DNA of 64,000 nt from a candidate division FCPU426 bacterium (GTDB taxonomy: Bacteria > Oederibacteriota > Muellerivitia > Muellerivitales > Muellerivitaceae), in NCBI GenBank assembly GCA_963771075.1, contig CAVYSE010000003.1:375863-439862 (forward strand). Direction: 5' to 3'. Shown here piece after piece: positions 27,816 to 38,066 of the stretch. The translations under genes were made by a program, and so were the position numbers. The notes under the pieces were generated by a model that was not told where the DNA came from, did no database searches, and saw only the letters and a program-made list of their open reading frames with translations. Position 1 is the stretch's first letter. Every line of letters begins with the position of its first letter.

Positions 27816-29974
27816 ATGAATACACCATCATCCCAAGCAACCACAGTTCAACCAATAAACCCGAAAATCGCGCCTTCCCCGAGTCGGGGGGAATGGGTGG
27901 CGTTTACCATCATCCTGCTGTTGGGCGCGGCCCTGCGCCTCTGGGATCTGGATAAGAACGGAACGGGCAACCCCTATTACGCCTCGGCCGTTCGAAGCAT
28001 GCTGATGAACTGGCACAATTTCTTTTTTGTGTCCTTCGATCCCGTAGGATTCGTGACGGTGGACAAGCCCCCGGTGTCGCTGTGGATTCAAACCGCCTTC
28101 GCCAAACTTTTCGGCTACCGGGGTTTTACCCTGATCTTTCCCCAGGTGCTGGAAGGCTTGGGCACCCTCTCCGTGGTTTATTACCTGGTTCGCAAGCGCT
28201 TCGGCGCGTTCGCCGCCTTGTTCGCGGGTCTGGTCATCGCCCTTTCCCCGGTCAGCGTGGCGGTGGACCGCTACAACAATACGGACGAGTGCCTGGTATT
28301 CGTTATGGTGCTCGCGGCCTGGGCCTTGATTCGGGCGGCTGAAACCGGAAGCCGAAAGTTTCTCTACCTAGCCCTGATATTGGTCGGGATCGGATTCAAC
28401 ACCAAGATGATGGCGGCCTTCGTGGCTCTTCCTGTTTTCTATCTGGTTTACCTGATTGGTTCCCCCATCACTTGGCTCCGGAAAATCTGGGTCCTCGTAA
28501 CCGGAACTCTGATATTGCTGGTCGTGGCCTTGTCCTGGCCATTGGCAGTGGATTTGACACCTCCCGAACAACGCCCCTTCGTGGGAAGCACACAAGATAA
28601 TTCCATGATTAGCCTGTCCCTGGGATGGAACGGATTTCAAAGACTGCTCACCCGTGGACGGCGCGGTTCCCCCCCAATGGCCGGGGAGGCAATTTCCCGG
28701 CGGCTGGCGCCGCGACCAACACCCCGCCCAACGCACCCGCCTCGGTGGGCGACACGAACCATTCGGAAGCCGCAGCCGCGTCCCAGGCCCAGGCACGCCG
28801 CCGAAACGGCGGACCCATGAACAACGGAACCCCGGGTCCCCTTCGTTTGGCGGATCGGAACATGGCAGGCCAGGTGGGTTGGTTTTTTCCCCTGGTCCTG
28901 CTGGGTTTCTGGTCGGCGGCCCGCCGAATCCGTTTGACCTTTCCCCTGGCCCCAAGCCACCAGTCCCTCTTTTTTTGGTTGGGATGGATCTTCATCTACG
29001 GGGCAGTTTTCAGTTTCATGAAGGGGGCCATGCATCCCTATTACCTTGTCCTCATGGTTCCCGCCATCGCCGCCCTGGCGGGGATCGGCGTTCAATCGCT
29101 TTGGAACGACTACCGGGAAGGCCGAATCATCCTTCCGCTCCTGACCCTAGCTCTCACAGCTGGGTGGCAGGCCTTTATCGTGACCCAGTACCCCGATTGG
29201 AAACATCAGCTTTTGCCCATCCTGATGAGCGGGTTACTTTTATCCCTGGCCAGTCTTTTGTTGATTTCCCGTCTGGCCTCTCAAAAGCCCGCCTGGCTCC
29301 GATGGGCTCCCTCAGCCTTTGGCCTGGGGCTCTCGGCCCTTTTCTTCTGCCCCACCTTTTGGGCACTGACCCCGGTCTTGGGTTCGGGCCAATCGGTGCA
29401 AGCCGGTCCTGAGTTACTGGACCCTCGCAGCAGGGGCGGATTGTTTCCAGGGTTCGGCGTGAACTTAAACAATGCCAAGCTGGTCGATTACCTGAAAGCC
29501 CACCAGCAGGGCGAATCCTATCTTTTGGTCGCGCAAAACAGTCAGGTCGTTGCTCCAATCATCATTGAGACCGGCGAGCCGGTGGTGGCCATCGGGGGGT
29601 TCATGGGCGGGGATCCCATTTTGACCGCCAACCAATTCGCCCAGAAGGTTCAAGACGGCCAATTCCGCTACATGCTTTTAAACGCCCCGCCTACGAACCA
29701 GAACGGCAGGGGCCCAGGAGGAAACCCCGGAGGATGGGGTGGACCGGGAAACATGGGAAGGATGGGCGGGGCCCAGGCCGAGATCGCCAAGTGGGTGCGG
29801 GAGCATGGAAAACTCGTGGATGCCGCCCTTTGGAAACCAGCTCTTCCACCGGTAATTCCCGTCGTTCAATCCCCCGCCCCCGGAGGGTTCGGCGGGCGTA
29901 GGGGAGGCATTGCCAACCTGCAACTGTATGATTTGCGTCCGGGCAAAGAGGAAAATAAAGGTTCAAAGGGTTAA
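27816..29974 (+). CDS. ArnT/PMT-family (GT-C, YkcB-like) glycosyltransferase, frameshifted near 28660-28680
   Basis: N-part GNPYYASAVRSM..VTVDKPP..GFNTKM and C-part GTPGPLRL..HPYY..AIGGFMGGDP lie in two overlapping frames. Confidence 0.85.
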
Positions 29975-29983
29975 GTTAATCCA

Positions 29984-31348
29984 GTGAGTTCCAACAATCT
30001 TTTACCCCAAACAACTTTGGTATTGGATGTCGGGGAAAACCTGGATTTCCTGCTCGCCAAACTGAATCAAGTTAATTTGGGAAATAAGCCTTCCTTCGGG
30101 CAAATACTGTTGGCTTCTCCCCCTGGACAAAAAACAAAGATTTTTGCCAAACTCCCGGAAAGCTTTAAACACCTCGAAATAGTGGAAATTCAATCGCTTC
30201 GGCTAGACCTCTTCCCTTTCCTCCATAAACCCTATCTGGCCTATTTGCCATCCGACGCCCCCTATTCACCGCCTCAAATTGATTTTGGCGCGGACCTGGA
30301 GAAGCATCCTCTTTTTATCCAACCTTGGGTTCCTTTTTTAAAAACCTCGGATTCGGAGTGGGCACGCGGGGTTTACCTGTCATTGGGTTGGATTTCCACA
30401 CCCAAGCTTTTGCAGAAAATGGACTTAATAAACGGGTTCTCTCTTCGCGACCTGGAAAGATCCATCCGAAACGCCCACACGGAAATTCCCTACTTTTCCG
30501 CCTCGGCTAGCGAATCCCTCAACGGAAAACCACCCGTTCCGCAGGGCCAGCCAACACTCACAAAAGCATCCAGGGTCTTAGCCCTCGTGCCCCACTTCAA
30601 TTGCGAGGAGTGGCTGGAACAATGTTTGTATTCTCTCGTCCATCAAACCCGCCTACCCGAAAACATCGTCGTTATGGACGATTGTTCAACGCATTCACCG
30701 CTAGAAATCGTAAAAAAATTTCCCTCTGTGGCTCTGTTTCGTTCACCTGAAAATGTGGGCCCCTATCGACTTTTACAATCCATGATTGATCAAACCCAAT
30801 TCGACGGTTATATGTTTCAAGACTCGGACGATTGGTCGAGCCTCGATCGATTAGAATTATTGCTCCGGGAAGCGGAAACCGGATGCGCCGACTGGGTGGG
30901 TTCGCAAGAGATCGTCTATTTCTCGGATGCCATTCACACCCTTCGATATCCCCTGATTCTAAAGGATTCCCCCGAATCGCTCATGCGCTATCCGTTTTGT
31001 TACTCGAGCAGTCTCATTTCAAGGTCGTTTTTCAAACTTTTGGGTGGTTTCGCTTCGGGCCTGCGTTTCAGCGGGGACTTTGAATTTTTTTCCCGGGCAA
31101 TATTCGCGGGAAAAGTGATCAATCTCGACCGTTATTGCTATCACCGGAGAGTCCGGAAAGACTCACTCATTACATCCGAAGAAACAGGGCTCGCAAGCCT
31201 TTCACGCAAGGAAGTCGATTCTCAAATCGAGGTAAAAAAAGCGGCCAATCACGTCCTTAGGTCAAAAGGTTTTGCCCCCCTGCTGGAACCGATCAAGACA
31301 GCCCCGCCCATTCGCTTTCAGCATTTGACCGGGCCCCAATTGATCTAG
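29984..31348 (+). CDS. Glycosyltransferase family 2 protein
   Basis: LVPHFN, VVMDDCS, FQDSDD and GDFEF motifs in the C-terminal half. Confidence 0.85.
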   Translation: MSSNNLLPQTTLVLDVGENLDFLLAKLNQVNLGNKPSFGQILLASPPGQKTKIFAKLPESFKHLEIVEIQSLRLDLFPFLHKPYLAYLPSDAPYSPPQIDFGADLEKHPLFIQPWVPFLKTSDSEWARGVYLSLGWISTPKLLQKMDLINGFSLRDLERSIRNAHTEIPYFSASASESLNGKPPVPQGQPTLTKASRVLALVPHFNCEEWLEQCLYSLVHQTRLPENIVVMDDCSTHSPLEIVKKFPSVALFRSPENVGPYRLLQSMIDQTQFDGYMFQDSDDWSSLDRLELLLREAETGCADWVGSQEIVYFSDAIHTLRYPLILKDSPESLMRYPFCYSSSLISRSFFKLLGGFASGLRFSGDFEFFSRAIFAGKVINLDRYCYHRRVRKDSLITSEETGLASLSRKEVDSQIEVKKAANHVLRSKGFAPLLEPIKTAPPIRFQHLTGPQLI

Positions 31349-31395
31349 TCTTCCAGCCTCATTAAAAACATGTTCGCTTGAAGCACCTATTCTTT

Positions 31396-32499
31396 TTATC
31401 TGGCATGCCGGTTTCGAAATCCGTCCATGAACTCCAAAAGTTGGTTTACGTCTTCCTCCGTTACCGAGTTATAGAGGGATGCCCTTAACCCGCCCAGGGA
31501 TCGATGCCCTTCCAGACCATAAAAACCGGCTCGGGAAGCTTCTTCCAGGAACGTCTTATCCATCTCGGGACTCGGCAGGCGAAAAACCACATTCATCTTC
31601 GACCGGTCTTTCTTTGCGCCATGGACACGGAAGAAATCGGGATGCCGGTCAAGAAGATCATAGAGAGACTGGGCTTTTTTCTCGTTCAAAGCCGCCATTT
31701 TCTCCAAACCCCCGATACGGTCTTTTAACCAGCGGGCAACCAGCAGGGTGACATAAATCGCGAAAACAGGCGGGGTGTTGTAAATGGACCCCATTTTCAC
31801 ATGGTTGCGGTAATCGAGCATGCTGGGCAAGGAATCCGGGGAACCCTTTAAGAGGTCCTCGTGGAGGATCACTAGTGTCATCCCCGCGGGCCCCAGGTTT
31901 TTTTGGGCATGGGCGTAAACGAGGCTGAAGTCGCGAATTTCGAAGGGATAACTTAAAAAGTCGGAGGACATGTCGCAAACGCGCGGAACGCTCTTGGCCC
32001 CGGGCAAATAGTGAAACTGCAGGCCTTCAACCGTTTCATTGGAAACGTAGTGGAAATAAGCGGCCTGGGGGTCGTAGGCAAGCTCTTTTTCTTCCGGCAG
32101 GCGGGTATAACCGCTTCCCTCGCCGTCAAAGATCACCCGTACCGGGCCCTCCAGGCGCGCATCGGGGATGGACTTGGCGCTCCAGTAACCCGTCTTCAGG
32201 TACTCGGCGGTCTTTCCTTTTCCCCGCAGAAGCAGCATGGGGATCATGGAAAACTGGAGGGTGCTTCCCCCTTGGAGCTGAAGCACCTGGTAGTCGGGAG
32301 GAATATTGAGGAGGGACCGGAAGACCGCTTCCGATTCATTGAGAATGGCCTTGAAATAGTCCGAACGGTGGCTGATACCCAGGATGGACTGGCTGGTTCC
32401 AGGGGCCTGAAGGATAGCCTCGCTGGCTTGTTCCAGCACCGCCCGGGGAAGCGCGCCGGGGCCGCCCGAAAAATTGAGACTTGTGTGACTGGCCATCAT
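31396..32499 (-). CDS. serC: Phosphoserine aminotransferase
   Basis: NFSGGP, ISHRS, SNETVEG, DMSSD, AQKNLGPAG, YNTPP and GHRSLGGLRASLYN. Confidence 0.95.
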   Translation of the reverse strand: MMASHTSLNFSGGPGALPRAVLEQASEAILQAPGTSQSILGISHRSDYFKAILNESEAVFRSLLNIPPDYQVLQLQGGSTLQFSMIPMLLLRGKGKTAEYLKTGYWSAKSIPDARLEGPVRVIFDGEGSGYTRLPEEKELAYDPQAAYFHYVSNETVEGLQFHYLPGAKSVPRVCDMSSDFLSYPFEIRDFSLVYAHAQKNLGPAGMTLVILHEDLLKGSPDSLPSMLDYRNHVKMGSIYNTPPVFAIYVTLLVARWLKDRIGGLEKMAALNEKKAQSLYDLLDRHPDFFRVHGAKKDRSKMNVVFRLPSPEMDKTFLEEASRAGFYGLEGHRSLGGLRASLYNSVTEEDVNQLLEFMDGFRNRHAR

Positions 32500-33509
32500 G
32501 GCACCCCTATCTTTTTTTTCTTGGAAGCCTCCAGGACATCTTCCAGCAGTTTGCGACTAAACCGGCCGTCACGAAATGGAAAAAGAGTGGCATTGGGGGT
32601 GAAGGTGAACTCGCTGAAATAGACCCCGTCGGGCAAATCGTACAGATCCACCCGAACGAAATCGAAGGGGCCGGAAAGTTCGGAAGCTATTTGGAGCATC
32701 TCCCCCCAATGGGCGGGTTTTTCGGGCAAAGGATCGGGCAAGGGGAACTGGTTCGGGATCGGGATGTGACGGTGGTCCGGCACGTTGAAGAGGGCCTGGC
32801 GGTGGTCGGCGAAGCGCCCCTCGTCGTACTGGCAAAAAAGTACCTTTCCTCGGGATGAATAGAAACGGAAATCGGGCGGGGGGTGGTACCACAGGCCGTC
32901 TTTTCCGGAAGGGATGGGGGAAGGCAGGCACTCTTCCACCAGGATCTTGGGACGCAAACCCCGATACTGTCCCTCGTATTCGTTCCGGAAGTAATCGCGA
33001 CGGGCGAAGCGGAACATTTCGAGTGTCGGTTGAACGACGACTTGGACGTTCGCCCCGCCCAGGAAAATCACTCCTCCCGAGGTATGGGTCGGCTTGGCCA
33101 CCGCGTTTTTCCCGACGAAAGGATAGATGAACTTTCCCACCTGCTCCAGGGGGGTGTCAGGATAGAGGGTCAGCACCGAGAGGGTGCGGGCGATTTGAAT
33201 CCTCGGAGAGAGGGAAACCGCAATGAGCTTGGCGCTTTCTTTGTCGACGCAAGTCTTTTCAAATGGGGTCCAAGGGCCGGTCATACGTTGGAAGATATAA
33301 TCTTCGAAGGTGGCCTGGGCCGAGAAGGGGTCGATCGGCAGTCTTTGGTGCTTTCGTTTGAAATTCGAGCGGGCCAAGAGGCGAGTGGCTCCCGGGTCAC
33401 CCCGAAGGGCAAAAAACAACAAAACCCGCTGGACCCATCGTTTCAAATTGAAAATCCGTTCATCTGGATATGGAGATTTTTTTATTACCTTCCACAGGAT
33501 TAGACGCAC
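32496..33509 (-). CDS. TupA-like ATP-grasp fold amidoligase
   Basis: DK, KPTHTSG, PKILVEE, DFRFY, FDFVRVDLY and YFSEFTFTP. Confidence 0.85.
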   Translation of the reverse strand: MRLILWKVIKKSPYPDERIFNLKRWVQRVLLFFALRGDPGATRLLARSNFKRKHQRLPIDPFSAQATFEDYIFQRMTGPWTPFEKTCVDKESAKLIAVSLSPRIQIARTLSVLTLYPDTPLEQVGKFIYPFVGKNAVAKPTHTSGGVIFLGGANVQVVVQPTLEMFRFARRDYFRNEYEGQYRGLRPKILVEECLPSPIPSGKDGLWYHPPPDFRFYSSRGKVLFCQYDEGRFADHRQALFNVPDHRHIPIPNQFPLPDPLPEKPAHWGEMLQIASELSGPFDFVRVDLYDLPDGVYFSEFTFTPNATLFPFRDGRFSRKLLEDVLEASKKKKIGVP

Positions 33510-33538
33510 GACTTAGAAAAGGGTGCCACCCTGACGGT

Positions 33539-34255
33539 TTATTCCACGATCTCGAATTTTCCAATAACCTGTTCTTCAGTCAGCGCGTCATAGTGCCACC
33601 ATTCGTGGCGCAACTGGCGAAAACCCGCGCCCACCATGGCGCTTCTTAAGATCATCCGATGGTCGATTTGGATCTGAGTCAACTTCCCTTCTTTTAAAAG
33701 CCGGCTTTCCAGTTGAGGTTCGGAAAGAGGAGTGAAACCGTCAAAAGGAGCGCCCATGTCGACTAATTTTCCCTGGGGGTCCAGAAGCCCGATATCCAGG
33801 GCGAAACCATAGTTATGCATGGAACCCTTGTCCGGATCGGCGACATATTTTTGATGGGACGTTCCCTTGACCACGGCCCACAGTTTTCGTTGGACCGAAC
33901 GGGGCCGTAGCGCGTCAAACACGATGAACTTGTAGCCCGGGTTGTTTTTACGGAGAGTCTCAATGGCCTTACGCAACTTTTCGGCCGTAATTTTATGAAT
34001 GTAGCATTTGTTGTAGGGCCCGTAGAGGTTCTTGCGGGTGAAATTGTCGGTGGTTCCATACTTAAGATTCACGGTCACGCCTTGCCAATGGGTGATCTCG
34101 ACGAAATTCGGGCTGGCGGCCAGGTTTTTCATGGAATCCTCGATGGAGTGGGTTTGGGATAGGGCCGATAGCGGGAGCAGAAAAAAGCCGAACAGCAGGA
34201 AAAGGCCCAGGGAACGTTTCTTCAAGGGATCACGTCCCGGGACCTGGCATTTCAA
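33539..34255 (-). CDS. ddpX: D-alanyl-D-alanine dipeptidase (M15D, VanX/DdpX family)
   Basis: KYGTTDNF, FDALRP, GSMHNYGFALD and EWWHYD. Confidence 0.88.
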   Translation of the reverse strand: MKCQVPGRDPLKKRSLGLFLLFGFFLLPLSALSQTHSIEDSMKNLAASPNFVEITHWQGVTVNLKYGTTDNFTRKNLYGPYNKCYIHKITAEKLRKAIETLRKNNPGYKFIVFDALRPRSVQRKLWAVVKGTSHQKYVADPDKGSMHNYGFALDIGLLDPQGKLVDMGAPFDGFTPLSEPQLESRLLKEGKLTQIQIDHRMILRSAMVGAGFRQLRHEWWHYDALTEEQVIGKFEIVE

Positions 34256-34746
34256 GACTTCTTCTTGGGCATCTCATCTTCTTTGCCTTTTTCCGGTGTC
34301 GTATAGAGGCCGTTTTCGTATTTGAGGATCGTCGTGTTCTTGGGAACGTTGTGGTATTCGAGGTTGATGTCCTCATCCGTGAGCGTCACCTCGTAATAAT
34401 AGTCCAGCTTCTTGTTGAACCCCAAAATCAGCTTGCGAATAAAGGTGAAGTCCTCCTTCACCGCGTCCGCGTCCTCCAAGCTCCCGATCAAGGTAACATC
34501 CAGCGTTTCCTCGTCCGGGTTATAAATGATGGTAACCCGAATCGGCTCGATTTTTGAATTAGGATATTTTGTCTGGGGCTTCAACAGCATGGCCTGGGTG
34601 GTCGCCGTCACCATGGTCTGGAGATAACCGGCCACCCTTTCCCCCACGGGAACGCTGTCCCAGGCCCCCAAATTTTCATTCGCGGCTTGGCAGGTCACGG
34701 CCCATAGGAGGGTCCCTAAAATAATGCAGGATTGAATGAGTCTCAT
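34252..34746 (-). CDS. Secreted hypothetical protein
   Basis: Signal peptide; paralog of the broken upstream gene. Confidence 0.65.
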   Translation of the reverse strand: MRLIQSCIILGTLLWAVTCQAANENLGAWDSVPVGERVAGYLQTMVTATTQAMLLKPQTKYPNSKIEPIRVTIIYNPDEETLDVTLIGSLEDADAVKEDFTFIRKLILGFNKKLDYYYEVTLTDEDINLEYHNVPKNTTILKYENGLYTTPEKGKEDEMPKKKS

Positions 34747-35012
34747 GGAGTTTTGATCGGTTCCGAGACAGGCGTTGGGCTCGTTTCAGGTTCGGGAGTT
34801 TTGGCGGATTCTTCCGAAATAACCTTTCCCTCTTTTAAACGCAAAACAATTTTTCCCGTTTTGGTGTTGAGATAGGCCAGCGAAAGATCGTTTTCTTTCA
34901 ATTCGATCCCGTAATCATGGTTGATCTTTTTCCCCATGGAAAGCAGGGTCCTCTGGATCTTTTCCAGTAGGGCCTGGACGTATTTGGAATCACCCTGGTT
35001 TCCGATCACGGA
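34743..35012 (-). pseudogene. 3' fragment of a paralog of 34252..34746; its 5' half is lost at repeat 1
   Basis: VIGNQGDSKYV..KKINHDYGIELKENDLSLAYLN aligns with LIGSLEDADAV..KKLDYYYEVTLTDEDINLEYHN. The apparent start MALPKRMVCN is translated repeat. Confidence 0.7.
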
Positions 35013-35066
35013 GTTGCACACCATCCTTTTTGGGAGGGCCATGTGCAGGCAAAAATTACATGATTG

Positions 35067-35177
35067 TCAACCTTTTAACAAAGCCAATTGATATATTTTA
35101 TCCCGGACTTTCCAACAGACTTTCTCCCGGACTTTCCACCAGACTTTCCCCCAGACTTTATCTCGAATGTTTTTCAT
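35067..35177 (-). CDS. Small phage-like protein with VW-x-K repeats (inside spacer 1)
   Basis: MKNIRDKVWGKVWWKVREKVCWKVRDKIYQLALLKG, encoded by a 12-bp tandem repeat; ATGA overlap with the upstream ORF. Confidence 0.5.
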   Translation of the reverse strand: MKNIRDKVWGKVWWKVREKVCWKVRDKIYQLALLKG

Positions 35178-35318
35178 TGTATTTTATCTCGAATATCAAC
35201 TATTATTATGCGCCCTATTGGAAGCCAAAGATTAGATGCACAATCAAAACCAGCCTGGGAACGTGTTGTTTTTACCACAAATTTTGCCCATGCGTCAAAA
35301 CAAAGTTTATGCAAAATA

Positions 35319-35843
35319 TTATTCATCTTCGAAAGCCAATTCTTTCCGAGATTGCGCCACATTCTTGCTTTCAAGGTAATTGCTTATAAGGAATCCAGTT
35401 GCGAGGTCTGTGAAAATATTAGCCTTATCCCCCAGAATGGTGTCTGTTACTTCCATCCCTATTAAAGAATACAGAAGCATAGACCAAAATCCATATTTCT
35501 TGGCGCAAGGCTTAGGCGTGAACCACCCTTTTCTTTTCAAAAACATGTCTACGGTGATGTGTAATTGATTCTTGTATTTGGAATGTTTTTTATAGAGACT
35601 TTGCTTGATATGCCTCCAATCACCAGCATTATCAAGACTTTCTGTGTTCCAAGTCTCATTTTTCTCAATTTCTCCACTTAAGGCATAGTTTTCAAGGATA
35701 TCGTAGAAAAAACGGTTTATTGGCCCGTTAAACATGATTTTTTTAGTGTAATAGTTTTTCATGATAACGTGAGTATAGAATTTTTTGGTGAGAGAGGACA
35801 TACCTTCTTTGGTAAGGTCGAAGTCTTCAAGTGTTGGTGCCAT
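35319..35843 (-). CDS. Hypothetical phage-like protein (inside spacer 1)
   Basis: 174-aa ORF, strong AAGGAGG RBS, AT-rich, coupled to small downstream ORFs. Confidence 0.6.
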   Translation of the reverse strand: MAPTLEDFDLTKEGMSSLTKKFYTHVIMKNYYTKKIMFNGPINRFFYDILENYALSGEIEKNETWNTESLDNAGDWRHIKQSLYKKHSKYKNQLHITVDMFLKRKGWFTPKPCAKKYGFWSMLLYSLIGMEVTDTILGDKANIFTDLATGFLISNYLESKNVAQSRKELAFEDE

Positions 35844-35985
35844 TGCTAATGCCTCCTTAAGTTTTCAAGTAAACGCAGTGTCCGAAAGTAAAGCGAGAAT
35901 ATGTGTTCTTTATTCTTATTCACTTTATCACGTATCCTGCAAAAATACGTTGCACACCATCCTTTTTGGGAGGGCCATGTGCAGG

Positions 35986-36243
35986 CTTAAATCAGTGGGA
36001 TGGGGTGCTGTGAGCGGGGTTCTGAGTCACTACGGTGGAAAACTGTTCGATAAATATTTGAAGAATCCGTTAAGCTCCGCTGGAAGAACTTTGGGGAGAG
36101 AATTTAACACTGGGACGACAGCCGTTGAAAAACGGGCATTTACCATTGGAGCTAAAAAAGCTGTGGCGGAAACGGGACACGAAGTGGGGGGAGCTTTAAT
36201 TTCGTCTGCGCCATCCCTTTTGGATAAAACACCCAAAAAATAA
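35986..36243 (+). pseudogene. C-terminal gene fragment (Gly/Ala-rich, polymorphic-toxin-tip-like) in spacer 2
   Basis: Open frame from the repeat edge LKSVGWGAVSGVLS.. to stop, with no start of its own. Confidence 0.4.
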
Positions 36244-36339
36244 ACCGACGAATCCATGAGCTGCAACCACGCCGAACGTGGGTAATTGAAAGTTGGTTTC
36301 ATTCTTGAAAAGTGTGAATCATGGTTGAGGGAGGGGAAA

Positions 36340-36738
36340 ATGATATTTTTAAAATATGCCATTGTAGTTTTGGTTGCCTTGGCGGTGAGCGCGGCCGAAT
36401 TTGGTTTGTTCTATGTGCAGGGATTGGCTCAAAGAAGAAAGAATGCTATTTATAGAAGACTAATGATCGTAGTACTTGGTTTAGGATCCTGGGCCGGACT
36501 TATGTTGGGTGCTCCTATTTGCGATTTTTTGGGGATTCAAGATTCGAATAGCAGGCTTTATTTTTTTTGTTTTTGGTCGGTGCCAGTGCTGCTTGGAATG
36601 GGTTTTGGAGCGTACTACGTTTTGTGTGTCATGAAGCCATTTGCACATCGTGGATTGTGTCATGAATGTGGATTTGTGAATGAGAAGGAAGTCAGGGTTT
36701 GCGGGAGATGTGGGCATAAGATGCCTAAAGAAAAATAG
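36340..36738 (+). CDS. Three-TM membrane protein with C-terminal zinc ribbon (spacer 2)
   Basis: GGAGG RBS; hydrophobic helices; CHECG..CGRCG. Confidence 0.65.
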   Translation: MIFLKYAIVVLVALAVSAAEFGLFYVQGLAQRRKNAIYRRLMIVVLGLGSWAGLMLGAPICDFLGIQDSNSRLYFFCFWSVPVLLGMGFGAYYVLCVMKPFAHRGLCHECGFVNEKEVRVCGRCGHKMPKEK

Positions 36739-36786
36739 GAACTCTTATGGTTGCACACCATCCTTTTTGGGAGGGCCATGTGCAGG

Positions 36787-37345
36787 TTCCAAATCGCCGA
36801 ACTGGTTGAAGCAAAACAGGGGATGGTAACAGGTACAGCCAAAGTAACCGTTGTACAAGGAACCTTCCTGATCCCCGTAGGTCTCGCTCACTGAGCTATC
36901 CATGTCGAGGATGATCTGTTGTATGGGCTTTTTCTCATGGACTCCATCGATCCATTGGCCCGATAAGTCAATTAAGCCGGTCAAATTCTTCGACTGGGTG
37001 AGGACCTCCGTCTCGAAACGACCCATCTGGCTGGTGGAGGCGGCCTGTTTTTCCCTGGCCCGTCCTCCGATCACATGCCGCATCGCAGGATCGACACTCA
37101 GGCGTTCTGCGTCGTTGGTATCCTCATAACCGGCCAAGCGGCTGAATACCGACTGGCGAAGAAGCGCCGTCATCGTGTGTTGCGTATTCTTACCGGTCCG
37201 CCGATCCCAAAGGATGTTTTCTGTTCTGTCAGTCAAACCAAAAGCTTCGTCGAGTTCGCGATAGGGAATCAACCCGCCATCGGAAGTGACCTTCGCACCA
37301 TGGAACTCCAACTTGAGGCCAGGATCAAAAACCACCCGAAGAGCG
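36787..37345 (-). pseudogene. Internal fragment of an IS1380-family transposase (entire spacer 3)
   Basis: ALRVVFD..LEFHGAKVTSDGGL..LAGYEDTNDAERL..LDMDSS..YHPLFCFNQFGDLE, cut at both ends exactly at repeats; no IS ends. Confidence 0.88.
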
Positions 37346-37382
37346 GTTGCACACCATCCTTTTTGGGAGGGCCATGTGCAGG

Positions 37383-37486
37383 AAAATTCTTTCGATATCC
37401 TTAAATTCGTGCGTATACCCAAAATCACCAAGATGGTAAACACTATCACCCTTCTTGACCATTTTATTCCAATTTTCTATTAAAAG
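37383..37486 (-). pseudogene. Internal fragment of a calcineurin-like metallophosphoesterase (entire spacer 4)
   Basis: LIENWNKMVKKGDSVYHLGDFG motif. Confidence 0.75.
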
Positions 37487-37658
37487 GTTGCACACCATCC
37501 TTTTTGGGAGGGCCATGTGCAGGGCAGGCATTCCAGCGTCGCCGTCTGGCACTCCTGCAATGTGCCCAAGCTCGTCGAGGTGCTCGACTCTTTCAGGTAC
37601 ACCGGCGCGTTGGTGGTGTTGCACACCATCCTTTTTGCGACAGGCATGTGCAGGATCA

Positions 37659-38066
37659 TCATTTCGAGGCTATCAATCGACTCGAAAAGCAACCAACGAT
37701 ATATATAACAGCGGCTATTAGTAGGGAGGTAGTAAGAAAAATTTTAAAAAAAGTAAAACTTTCAGGATCATTGAACCCCTGCGAAGAAATAAGCAAACAA
37801 TATAAAAAGTAACTCAAACATTGAACAATCACAGCGAAGCAAACAACGGTCATTAACCCCACAAAAAAATGAATGTTTTTTCCAAAAATTAATTTTTGAA
37901 GGAGTGGATACGACAACCCTTCAAAAAAACATAAACCATACATGAAATTTTCAGTGAGAAAGATTGTCGAGAAGAAATTTCTACCAAAGCAATATGCCAA
38001 GCTAACAAGTATGCAAAAAGAACCAAGAAAAAAAACGTTAAATAAAATCAATTTGCTCGTTCTCAT
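37659..38066 (-). CDS. Four-TM membrane protein, immunity-like (spacer 6)
   Basis: 135 aa, very hydrophobic, AT-rich; ATGA-coupled to the upstream fragment. Confidence 0.55.
   Translation of the reverse strand: MRTSKLILFNVFFLGSFCILVSLAYCFGRNFFSTIFLTENFMYGLCFFEGLSYPLLQKLIFGKNIHFFVGLMTVVCFAVIVQCLSYFLYCLLISSQGFNDPESFTFFKIFLTTSLLIAAVIYIVGCFSSRLIASK

Noticed and set aside
37524..37617. Functional call for GC-rich spacer 5
   Set aside because: Several frames are open and none contains a motif I recognise.
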